Below the pieces are notes generated by a model, which was given only the letters and a program-made list of their open reading frames with translations, had not been told where the DNA came from and did no database searches. Below are positions 12,004 through 24,100 of a stretch of 64,000 bases of DNA, one piece after another. Position numbers and translations under genes: made by a program. Source of the stretch: Paragordius varius (taxonomy: Eukaryota > Animalia > Nematomorpha); NCBI GenBank assembly GCA_964247055.1, contig OZ176053.1:9176001-9240000 (forward strand). The letters run 5' to 3'. Numbering within the stretch: the stretch's first letter is position 1; every line of letters begins with the position of its first letter.

Positions 12004-13642
12004 CTAATATCCAAAAAAGGATGGTCTTCTTCCCCTAAAAATACGATAAAAATTATATATTTTGCTAAAGTTATTACCATTCATCAAAAAATATAAGCCA
12101 TTACCGTTTTCTGAAAACGCAAGATAACGAGCTCCTGCATACGTATATATTTTTTTTATTTTTTAGGTTCATTATTAGAATTAAAATAATAATTCGTTCA
12201 AAATGTAATTTATAGTAGTACATTCTTTTTGCGAACCATTTCTAGCAATTACGAAAAGAGCAAAAAGCGATACCAACATCTTACCAAATCGCAAATAATT
12301 TTATTAAAAATATCCTATTCAAATGCATAGAAAATTTAAGGTTTACATATATATATATATAAATATATATATATATAGACACTGAAAAACGTAACCCTAA
12401 AAAACTTAAATCATATAAAATCCTTTTTTACTTTAAAGGCATATATTATTTAAACAATATTTCAAATCTTAACTTTTTTTGCAGGCACGTAAATTTAGTG
12501 AACCTTTTCTAAAACAAATACAAAAAATTAATATAAGAACCGATAACGAGCTCTCCCCGCACCCCTGGGAAAACCATAACCCGTGGGACCATAACCATAG
12601 GGATGAGCATAAGGATTAAAATATGGGGCACGTCTAGCTATCCGGCCTCGTGGCCTTCGATTCGTAGAACTTATGCCGGGCTGATTAGTGCGTTTGTTTA
12701 CGACCTAATGAAAGAATGGAAAAAATGGAACTATACAGCCAAAACATATATTTTAGTGACAGCCATACATATTATTTGTCATAGAAACTCTATAATCACA
12801 ATTTGAAATATATTAATAAGTGTTTTACCAATTTACTAACCATTAATTTATAACCCAAAACAATAAATAACAAAAAAATCAAGGTTTAATTTGTCAATTC
12901 TAAAAAAATATGTTAGACATAATTAGGAAAGGGGGCAGCAAAAAATACACAGTGGTAATTAATATTTTGTTATGTTTTAGTTTTTGAAAACCTATATACC
13001 ATGTTTAGCAGGCCTCACTTGCAATAGATAAAAAATATATTTACGTACCTTTATTTGACGACCTCGAAATAAAGAATCGTCAAGAGCTAATGCGGCAGTT
13101 ATAGAATCTTTATCTGAAAATTCAATGTAAGCAAAACTAGAATAAATTATATCCGAATACCCCTTTGGTTTTCCTGAAAACTTATCCACTAATATGGTTA
13201 CACGATTTACCGCTCCACATCCATGAAAATGTTGTTCCAATTCTTCAGCAGTAGCACCGTAATCAACCTTTAATTATGAAAAAAATATACGTTGCCAACA
13301 TATACGGATCTTCCGTCTGCTTCTATTTTTTCTTCGATCGAAGGAAAACTCAAAGAAGGACTAACTAAATAATTTATAAATATATCTTAACCCATATTCA
13401 TTTGTTTTTCCACCTCATTTTGCATCTCTTTCAATTTAGCGGCCTCTTCCTCCATTTCTCGTACTCTGGCTCTTATATCTTCCAATTCCTAAAATTATTA
13501 AAATATGCAATACTGGATCTTCCATTTGGGATGCATTTGTGGTGTCTAAATTATCATCACCTACATCTAAAGAATCATTTTCTTGGTCATCAGGCATTTC
13601 TAACAAATGACTATCACCATTATGTTCCATATCGTGATTCAT
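12004..13642 (-). CDS. PABPN1: Nuclear poly(A)-binding protein 1 (PABPN1/PABP2), 229 aa, 7 coding exons
   Basis: Exons 13642-13514, 13488-13392, 13364-13291, 13267-13161, 13136-13049, 12704-12541 and 12034-12004. Translation gives [33 protein letters not shown] (coiled coil), [41 protein letters not shown] (RNP1), [20 protein letters not shown] and an R/G/Y tail ending [10 protein letters not shown]. Introns are 25, 27, 23, 24, 344 and 506 nt. Confidence 0.95.
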
Positions 13643-13728
13643 ACCTAATAGCGTAGTATCAATGTAGCTCTTAACAATTAATTTTGGTAATACTTCTTTT
13701 TTCGATTTTTTGTTTGTATTTTTTTCTT

Positions 13729-13795
13729 CTATAATAAAAAAATCTTTTTTTAATTTTAAAAAATTATATAAAAAAAATTTAAACTTACATGGCGG
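13729..13795 (-). promoter_or_regulatory. PABPN1 5'-UTR intron (60 nt) whose donor overlaps a Kozak-context ATG-TAA
   Basis: Minus strand reads CCAACCGCCAT|GTAAGT; acceptor TTATTATAG at 13729-13730. Confidence 0.4.
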
Positions 13796-14599
13796 TTGGA
13801 ATGAAAGCTCACTGGATCCTAACTAATATTTGTACACCAAAAGTTTTAATCAATGGGAATAATATTTATAAAAATATTATATTATTTGCCATATTATTGA
13901 ATAATTTTAAATTAATATTTTCAGTAAATATACATATCACAAAAATAATAAAATCTTAAAAAAATTTATTTTGAAATATATTGTTTGGATCACAAGTAAT
14001 TATACAATAACACAGTGTCACAAAAAAATATTCTGATGAAAATATATATTCTGACAGGATATCAGGATTATGGTGTTTTTGATATTAGCCCTTACAAGTA
14101 ATTTTTGAAAAATATTTACATTTTTAGTAGTGCTCCCTCATAAAATAGCAGGTGGACTTTTTTAAATAAATTTTTTTGGTGGAGGCTAAATGCTCTATTC
14201 TAAAAATTACCATTAAAATATATTATACACCACATATATAAGATTAAAAAAATTTAAAGTTTTAGGCGTAAGCTCCAAAGGCCCAATTTTTTTTGCTCAT
14301 TTAAAAAGCTTTAAAATAAACGTAGAGATTCCTAGATTGTGCGATAAAAATTTTATATATATTTATATATATGCTAAATTTTCATATCAACTAAAATTTT
14401 AAATGTATACTTTTTTTAAATTTTTGGCAAAATTTTGTTAATGCTTACTTCATTCTATTTTGAGAAATGATGGAGACAATATAAAACACTTTAGGGTCTT
14501 ATAAAAATCATTTATATACGATAAGGCTGAAAATTTTTAATCACCTCAGAATTTTGATTAAAATATCTGTTAGTTATTTATTTATGTTCAACATAAATA

Positions 14600-15830
14600 C
14601 TGTTTTTCACAAAATCAAAACTTGAAAACAGCTATATAAAATTTTGAAGCAAAGAAAAAGTGTTTTTATAATATCTTAGCACTTCGATACAAATTGGGAC
14701 TCCAGATAAAGTTGCTATTATTAAAAAACTGCGGAAAAAAACGACTTCAATTCAAGGGTGTGCTTCTCTCCTAATAAAAGTTATATAAATAGGCCAACAT
14801 ATTTAAATTAAATGAAGTGTTGGAAAAAAGTTCTTGGACGCCATTGTTATTTTACGACATTTTTGCAAAATATCGCCTTTCTTTGATTCTAAGACTAAAA
14901 GTTTACTTTTTTTTATTAAAAATCACATTTAACATTGATATAAAAAGAAAAAGTGGTATATTTTGCATTATTTTTATTTAGCTTATGCAATGTGATATTG
15001 GCTAATTTTACCTTTGGGTTTCACCTCTAAATAAGTAATAAGTAATTTTGAATAATTTTTTTATATTTTGGATTAATGTTATATAAGTGCAAACTCTTGC
15101 CATGGTTTTATTTATACCATATTTGAAATATTTAATTTTGAACAAGCCTGGAGTATCTAACTACCCCAATTTGAATTTAAGGACTAAAATGAATATGATG
15201 TATCCAAGTGTTAAAGCATTCTTATACCGCTTCCTCATGCTTCAAATAGCCTGAAGTAACAAAGTTATGCTAAAAATTAAATTTTATGACAAATAATGCA
15301 TTTTTTATTTTTGTTGAAATTATATAGCCTTAATTTATAAGCTTTATCACGAAATTTCGGCACTTTTTATTTTAAAAGTATTAACTAGACTATTTTAGAG
15401 GGGGGCAAAAATTTGGGAATTTTGACCCCACATAGAGCTTTGATATTTAATAATATTTTTCGTATGGAAGGATTTAGCTTTTGCTAAAGAAAAATCATTT
15501 AGCATAAAGTGTGCAATTTTTTTTGATATGTTGAAATATTTTTTTAAATGACTTTAGCACTTCGATTCAGATTGAGTTGTCTAGACACCACTTCATTTCA
15601 GTTGATATTTTTTAATAAACGACTAATAGAAACGGTATCAATTTAAATTTATGCTTCTATCCTAATAAATTATATAAGTAAGTTAATATCTGTAAATTTA
15701 GTTTTTTATAAAAGTTGCATATCAAACTACTTCAAAGCCATTTTTATTTTATATTTTAGCAAATAATTTATTTAATTTTCACGCTAAAATTGAAGTTAAT
15801 TTTTTATTTATATCACATCTAACATTGATA
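14600..15830. repeat. Diverged direct repeat, period about 900 bp
   Basis: TTAGCACTTCGAT.CA.ATTG and TGCTTCT.TCCTAATAAA occur near 14660-14780 and again near 15560-15680. Boundaries approximate. Confidence 0.55.
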
Positions 15831-15852
15831 AAAGAAATACTCGTTTATTTTA

Positions 15853-16400
15853 TATACTATATGCATTTCAAGAGTGACTTGAACACTTCAAGTTAGTCCT
15901 TAAACACTTCAAGTTGGTCTAAATTTTTAAATTTTATTTTGACCATATTTTTTGCATGTATTTTTTTTTCTTATTTTTTTAACCTAAATTTCTTTATTTA
16001 TTATGTATTTATTTATTTAATAATAAATAATTTTATTCAAAAACCACTTTTTGGTTTCATACAAATTTTTTTCCAATTTAACAAAATTATTAATTTTTAA
16101 ATGTTTTCTAAAATTGTATAACTCAGAAAAAGTATATGTTTTTAATTACGAGTTAAAATCTTATTATTTAAGAAATAAAGATATACGGTTTCTCAATGAT
16201 TAAAAGTTGATATTGATTTAAAATTTATTAATAATAAAAAATAGGTTAAAAACGATAAAATGGATGAATGAAATACGATTTGATTGATAAGTTTAAAACA
16301 AAAAAGTCAAAGGGCCTACTTGAAATATATAAGGACCAACTTGAAATGTTTAAGGTCCAACTTAAAGTGTTCAGGGACACTCTTGAAGTGCAAATGGTAT
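15853..16400. mobile_element. MITE with about 70-bp imperfect TIRs
   Basis: 15853-15920 matches the reverse complement of 16335-16400 (GCA.TTCAAGAGTG…AACACTT.AAGTT.G.CCTTAAACA.TTCAAGTTGGTC). The right terminus reads ATACCATTT on the minus strand, like the foldback termini. Confidence 0.75.
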
Positions 16401-17049
16401 TCGTCAAGATAATTTTTTTGTCTGTCGGTATTAAATACAACAGTTTATTGCAAGCTATTTTTTGTTAGAATTCGGAAAAACATATTACATTAATTCGTTT
16501 GAGACATAAAGGAAAATAAAAAATTGTGCAACATTTAAATAAATTCTTGCATATCGCTTAAACATTCAAAAAATGAATCAAACATTATAAAAATCTTTGA
16601 TTTTATTCGCATATATTATCACACTTCAAATTACATTAATTTAAATAATTTGTTTTTTAAACTTGCCCACCCTTTAAAATTACATATTATTATTTTCAAT
16701 GTATAGGGAAAGGATGTGCCATAACATGTATTAAAATTTGAAAATGTAACAATGTGAGGATGATTTTACGATGGCTCTTGATAATTTATTAGAATTTACC
16801 AATTTATCTAGTTTTTTTGAATGCAACCAAAATAATCATATCATCTCTTTTTGTAGCCTTTTCATATAATAACTAAGATATTTAATAAATGCTCGAATAA
16901 ATATTCTAGTTATAAGATGTTGGCTTTGTGTTTAACTAAAGCAAATTAAATGATGTTTTCAGCTTTTTTATCTAATAAATTTATATCTGTCAATGTTTTG
17001 ATACCAGAAAACCAACTGCTTTCATCTGTCAATACATTTTTTCCAATAC

Positions 17050-17143
17050 CATTTTGCAATAAAGTTCCTACTGAAAAAGTTACATTGTTGACTATGGAAA
17101 ATGATTGTTTTTTTAACATTAAATTTTTTAAATTTATAAATCT
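17050..17143 (-). pseudogene. Possible isolated exon resembling an ionotropic glutamate receptor pore (M2) loop
   Basis: AG…GT-bounded 94 nt reading RFINLKNLMLKKQSFSIVNNVTFSVGTLLQN(G). No convincing M3 or S2 exons found nearby. Confidence 0.25.
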
Positions 17144-17499
17144 CTAAACAATTGAAATAGTCCCACTGTATACTTTATGCGTGCCGTAAATTTTTTAATA
17201 CAGAGTATTTATTTTATATGAAAAAAATGTATACTGTTATCATTATAGATTTTTTAGGAAATTTTGGATAGATAATTCAGTTTTAAAGCGATAATTAACC
17301 TTAAATCCGATAATAAATTCTGATATCCAAATAAAAATATGGTAAATAAACGAATCCACCCTTTTCCAATAACCAATGATGTTAATGAATATTAATATAA
17401 ATATTTCGGAACATATTAAAACATGAATACTTAAAAAGTTAAATATTATTTTTATTAGGATGAACAAATATTTTCAATGGGCGGTACAAGAAGTCGTGG

Positions 17500-17830
17500 A
17501 GGTTGTATGTTAAACACCCTTAATGGAGTCTCATAAATTGGGATATTTTTAAATCCTTGTTTACATGAGAGCGTATTTTACTGAAAAAGCCCTACCCCGT
17601 TAATTAAAAAGGGGCTGTGCTATAATTTTTGCCCTTGCACAAAAATATCGCTAAAATCCGATTAAATCATGGTATCATATGCTTTCAGAAAATTTAGTTT
17701 CATTTAAGGTATGAAGCCTTACCCAGCAGTAATTAAAAAAGCGTTAGGCTATTTTTCCCTCTAGCGGGTACCTAAAACAATTATATATGGTCTCATAACT
17801 TGGGCGAATAATTACTTTAATAATTAATCT
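17500..17830. repeat. Dispersed copy of the CCTTACCCAG tandem-unit repeat family
   Basis: CCTTACCCAGCA and GGTCTCATA…GGGCGAA.AAT motifs are shared with 55830-55950. Boundaries approximate. Confidence 0.5.
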
Positions 17831-18019
17831 TAACTTGTTTTTTTGCAAAAGTTACTTTAATGGAGGGACGACTAATTATAGAGGTAATTTAAATGATTCG
17901 TCCATGTTCCGCCCATTCGTTAAAACAAAACTATTATTATTGAATTATGAGCCTACACGTTTACCAGAAAGTTGTAACAAAAATAGAATTTCGGAGACTG
18001 TCATACAATGTGGGGCATA

Positions 18020-18860
18020 AAATTTGAAAAAGTGGCTCGACTGTTCGGCGCAATTATAAATTAATAAAACGCTTTTGAAAGTACACTAGGAAAATTGTAT
18101 CAAAGCCGTTGAAAGTTATCGTTTGCGGGCAAAAACATTATGTGACAGATGATTTCGAAATATTAATTGTGATTGCATTATAAAGAATATGAGCGTTCTG
18201 GTAGGCCACACAACAGCGAAACCCAAGTTAAACTTAACAATAAACATTGTATGCACCACAAAAACAATTGATATATGTTTACGAAGTATGGTGACCCACA
18301 AACTCGGTAAATGAGTTCCACAAAGTTTAAATGACCATCAAATCGAAAATCGCAAAGTGACCTGTTAAATACTGCTTCAATGTCTCGAAAAAAATATTTT
18401 TGCATTGAAATGGAACGTTGATGAGTTAAGACTATATTTTGTAAATCCAAAGCGGAAAAATTGTGGCTTTCATTTTGTCAAGCCGATCCATCCACATATA
18501 TGGCCAAATCGTTTCGGCAAGAAACCATGCGCTGTGCCTTGTGAAACCAGAGCGGTATTTTATATTATAAACTTTTGATGTCCCGTTGTTTATACACAGA
18601 CATCGGTAACAAATACCTAATTAAAACCATCCATTTAGAAAAACCAGAATGAACCAGAAAACATTAAACAATTTCCTTACATTTCTATGCTTCCACTCGC
18701 ACATATACATCATGAAAATACCTTAGAATCGCTTCGATGGGATTTTCCGCATCCGCTAAACCTGACCTGGTTCCATTTAACTACAATTTGGCATAAATAA
18801 GGGGCGACCTCGCAGAGCAGCACTTAAATAATATCAAAGAGGCAAGATAATGGTTTGCTG
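18020..18860 (+). mobile_element. Degraded mariner (Mos1-like) transposase relic
   Basis: Interrupted frames give ERSGRP, GK*VPQSLNDHQIENRKVTC (WVPHEL region), PNRFGKK, and a decayed YSPDLAP.DY segment near 18750-18785. Many stops and frameshifts. Confidence 0.85.
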
Positions 18861-21123
18861 CAATCAATCAGTATTTTTGACCCGTTATTATATATAAGAT
18901 GAGCGAAATGGGTAGAAACCGATAAATATTTTGAATAAATAAATAATAGATTTCTTTTCAAAATTGCATGTGTTTACAAAAAAAACCGTAAAAAAATTAA
19001 GAATACACTTGGTTTAAAAATATATCGATACATATTATATATAAATTTGAAATACAACAGATTAAACTTATTTACTAAGGATTACTTACTATCTTTCGTA
19101 CATTTTTCTTAAAATTTTTTTAAGATAGTTTATCAAAAGAAATAGTATTTACTTTGGAAAACCCTTTTGATCTTCTGATCAAAATCTCCTTCAATTTTCC
19201 AATCCTATATCGGCTAACAAAATTCCGATTTCGGTTACAATGAAAACAACTTTGCAAGTTCGCATATGAGGGTGAATTAATAATCTCGACACTGTTAATA
19301 AATTTAAACTAATAGCCAAATATTAATTAGAGAAATTGTTTTATCTTAAACTTGTCGTATGATATCCGATTGTGTGGTAAATTTAAAAATATTAAATAAT
19401 TGTATGTAATACGGAATCAAGAAAGATATAAGCATATAATGAACTCACTAACATAATTTAACGATTGATCTAATATCACGTACTCGATGTGGGAAATTTA
19501 CAATATGTGCTAAAAAATCCATATACCTATTTGTCCCTTATTTCTATTTAGTAATGTTCAATAATTTATTTTTATACATTACACATATACTTATAAATAG
19601 TCGTATTCATCGAATAATAATAATAATAATTAAAGTTATGAAACATCTTGTATAGAGAGTACATAAAAATTGATTATTAGTTTTGATGTGGATTTAATTC
19701 ATGTTTTTTTATTATGGAATCATGTAATTATTGGTTTCGTGTAAATTCTATCCGATATCCATTCGAAGTTGTATTGATAACCTCATTTTCGTTAGTTAGC
19801 TCAAGATATTTGGTTTAGCACGTTTCTTTTCAATTATACAAAATATACCTATTTCATAGTTATTTCGTCGCATTTTTCTGCGTTGTTTAGCAGGTCCAAA
19901 AAGTATCAATTACGCTTATAAAAAAGTTTAGTGCCTGTGTATTGCTGGAAAATAAATTAAATGCAATAAAATTAACGTAATTAGATGTGTATCCTTGTTC
20001 TAACTAAAATAGGATGAGACAATGCGTGTTAGTTGCATGTAATAGCGAGACAGCATTTAGAGCGCAGATATTTTTATTCTCCATTGATTGAGATCGCATC
20101 GCGTTTGGAATTCATAAAAATGACACAGCCATGGTCCGTAATGTTTTATGATTTTGTTAAAAAGTTTTATAATCAATAAAAAGGCATTATGTTCGTGCGT
20201 GAAGCATTTTAAACTTAATATTGTTAGTTTAACATATTAACAATTTAGCTGTAAAAACATACAATATATGTATGAATGAGACGTTATTAATTTGTAACTC
20301 TGTAATGTATGACAAGGAACTTGTACAGAATTTACAATTCTTGATGCATATAAGGCACATTACATTTCAAAAATTATTGTGGGTTTATAAAGTTTGTTTT
20401 ATGGTTTTCATGTTAATTAAGTTCTGAAGATTTGTGATTTATCTAAAAACCTTATCTTGATAAAGGAAAAGTCCATTCGCTTAGTCAAAGAATAATAAAT
20501 TAATGGTTAATATTAAAATTGTATTGCAGTATCAGATTCTGTTTATGATATGTATCGTATAAAAATATGTAACATTTATAAAACCAGAAGGCAAAAATAT
20601 ACAATTATAAAAGTAAATGGGTGACAGACTAAAACATTACTATTCTTATGTTTTTTTGATAAATATATGGAATGTTTGTAAAATGGTGCATTTTTTGCTT
20701 ATTATAGTATCTATCGTATTTACAATTTAAGATAAAAAATTTGCTTCTTGTCTCACTAGGGAATATCAAATTAGGAATATCTTTGATGATGAATTTAAGT
20801 GGTAGAAAGTTGAACCCTCCCAAGCCTTTTAAGGGTTCCACCCTGTCGATATTTATGCATGATCAAAAATGGTACATATTGTCCACTTTTGCCTATGACT
20901 CTCCCAGCGTTGTTAGCCTGGCTAGGAGATTATTATTATTATTAATAGTTGTTTGGTTGAATTAAACACATCAATCTTTACATTGTGGGGGAACTGTCGA
21001 TGCCTGATGAGTATAGTTGTTCAATAGATTACAAATATCCATGTGGGTCTTTGTTAATTGATAGTTTTGAAGGTATGGAAGAACGGATTATTTATCTAAT
21101 CCAAAATTCGTAGGACTAAATCA

Positions 21124-24100
21124 TCAGTCCTCCTTCAAAGTAACAAGCATTGTATCAATTAAGCCACGGATGTGAAATAGATACTAGAATCGGAAAAATA
21201 ATAAAGAAATTTCATATATTAGCATGCTACCAAAATAAATATCATTTAATGGATTTAGAGGTCAGAGTAAACAAAAACCTAATTATCCAAATTGCCATAT
21301 TTGGTTAAAAATGGCCATACATTAGTTTTAAGCCGTTGCCCAAATTTAAAAAAGGTGTTGGTTTAAGAGTGGAAGTTATGCCATGGTTTTTAATAATATA
21401 AAACTTATTCTTCATTTGTATGCAAAGCGTTTTCGGAAAAATAAATTTTTTAAAACCCGTTTTTTAACCGGTTTCAATGTTAGTTTTATGAATTTGAAAT
21501 CAGGTTTGCTTCATTCTTGCCGTATTAGAACAGTTTTTTTCGAATACAACCGATTGCAAAGTGTTTAAAATATATTTTTGATATGAGCCTTATGATTACA
21601 ATTTTAATACCAAAACTCGGTTACCAAATATGAAAGAAACGCTTTATTAATTTACTGATAAAACTGGATAGATAATATAATTTCAACAGGCGTCAAAATA
21701 GTTGCACCGTCAAATCTAGTCAATTTTTGTAGATTAAATAATATTATATAATAATATTTTACAAACCAAACACTAAATTAATTTATGTGTTTTTCGAAAA
21801 AGTTGTAACCACATTACTTTACCCACATTAAATTATCATTATGCAAAAAACTATTAACTCTAAAAAAATCGTAGCATACAAATTAAAGAATTTTAATGAT
21901 ATGCAAAATATTTTTGTCACAAAAAATTATATTTACATAGTATGTCTATTTATTAATTTTTGCTTTATGCCTAAATTTTTCAAAAGTATGTGTGAATGTA
22001 TGCAGCATGACATGATGTGCGTATGATAAACCTATTTAGAAGCGCAAAACTTATCACACAAAATTTGAGTTTTAAAATGATACTTTCAAAAATTAATCTT
22101 TTAGAGCGATTATTATTGTATATATTTAGCAAAATCAATTAAATATTCCAAAAATGGTTTATTTTTATACTACATGTTGTGAAGATTAACAAAAACAAAT
22201 AATAAATTTATAATTTATTCAAAAAATTTATAATTTAAATTTGGTTATTACGACAAAAATAAAACATCTAATATTAAAAACCACATCCTTTTTCGTTTCA
22301 CTCATAAGTTAATATTTCAAAATAAATTACCATCATAGGTTTACTCAATTTTTCAAGATAAACTACAGTTATAGGCGCAAAATTAAGTAAGTAAATAATT
22401 TACGAAAATGCGCTTGCCCTGCTTACTTTTTTTAATATCCAGTCCACCCAATAATAGTTTTTTTCGCAAGAAATTTTTCTATAGACTAACGAAATCTATT
22501 ATTATAAGCCATTTCGCGTTATTTTAAATGTTTATAAACATGTCTGATATGTATAAGATTTTTCATTTTATTAGTTACATATCTAATTAAACATTGTATT
22601 TTTTCTCCACGATTTCAAAAAATTAACTATAAAAACGAAAAATCTCATACTTGCCAACAGACATGCAAATTAAAGTCCATTTGGTCATTATAATATCGAA
22701 ATAGTCTGTAATGGCTCTCTTTACTGTATAGTGTCCAACACGCTGCCCTCCAAGACATTGGGTGCGGCCCGCGAAAAATTTGGAAATCCACAATTTGAAA
22801 AATTATGCTCACATTTTAGTAATTTCTGTTTTTTAATCAAATTTTCTGAAGTCTATCCGATTGGCAACAAACTAAAAAACTTATTTTGTTAAAATTTTAC
22901 AATTTTATGTATGAAATATTAAAATATTTATGAATGCCCGAATAGTTATTTATGTGGTCCGTCAGCTTGAGTCAAAAATGCGGCCCTCAAAGCAATTTGT
23001 GTTAAACTCAGCTTCTGCACATCATATATTCACTCAGTACTAATATTTTTGCATACATTGAATAAAAGAAACTTACATTGTCGCGGAAAAGGCAGCTTTT
23101 GGGATCCTCATCTTCCCCTTGGGGACAATCATAGATGCCATCGCAAAAGTTGTGATCATCGATACATATGACAGCACCATTTTTGTTTAGGCTGTGACAG
23201 GCGAACATTTGTTTTGATTCACATACTAAAGAAAGATGATGAAAAAACAAATCTATAAAGTTATAAAGGAGGATAAGTTAGACGGTTTTATATTTCAGAA
23301 GCGGTGAATTCTTAACCCTGCAAAAATTAAGACTTTTCCTTAAGCAATTTCCTTTTCTCGCACCTACCATAATGGATCCGTCGTAACCATTTAAACAAAA
23401 TATGGATAGAATGTATGTGGCCGGACATAGGTTTTATTCATATTTAGCCAAATGATATATATATATATATATAGATCATACACAGTAAATATTTTTGTTC
23501 ATTAGATATCAACAAATTATTTTGTTAAAAAATTAAAATCCATAATTAAACGCCGATTCTTACACAGATCACATTAGGTACGAGGCTGATAAAATTTCAA
23601 TTAATTATATCTATATAGTTTATCTTAATCAAAGTTTACGACGGTACTCCTTGTGGTACACCCTAAAATTAGATTAGTTAAAAAAGTTTCATTGATAGTT
23701 CGGCTAAAATTCGCATTATAATGATTTAGATCTTAGAACAACAATTTTGAGTTATTTTAATATGTAAGCAGAAATTTCTGATACGTACCACTTTTCCATG
23801 CGTTATGATAGGGATGATATTTTGTTTGATGTGATAAGGATGCCGATGAATAATTCAAATTATAGTGATTTAGGGTCGGAACTTCCTGATCAATATGATT
23901 TGTTAGCATGTTATTGTTAGAATATGATGAATATGATGGGAGGGATCGTTTTGATCGACTCATTAACTGTTGTTCATTGATCGCTAATTTGGTACTTTTA
24001 ACTATTTGATTGCCTAAAGTTTCTAATGTTTTTCGTTTAACCCTTTTCTTAGATATGTGAATGTCGGTTTGGTGGAGTTTTTCAAAATTTTGATTTAAAT

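Noticed and set aside
20590-21123. Coding-like continuation or readthrough after the TGA-TGA of the LDLa gene
   Set aside because: At least five further in-frame stops; consistent with a 3' UTR.
21100-21132. Hammerhead-like CTGATGA core and a small hairpin (AGGACT…AGTCCT) over the stop codons on the minus strand
   Set aside because: No valid stem II and GAAT instead of GAAA; a 6-bp stem is expected by chance.
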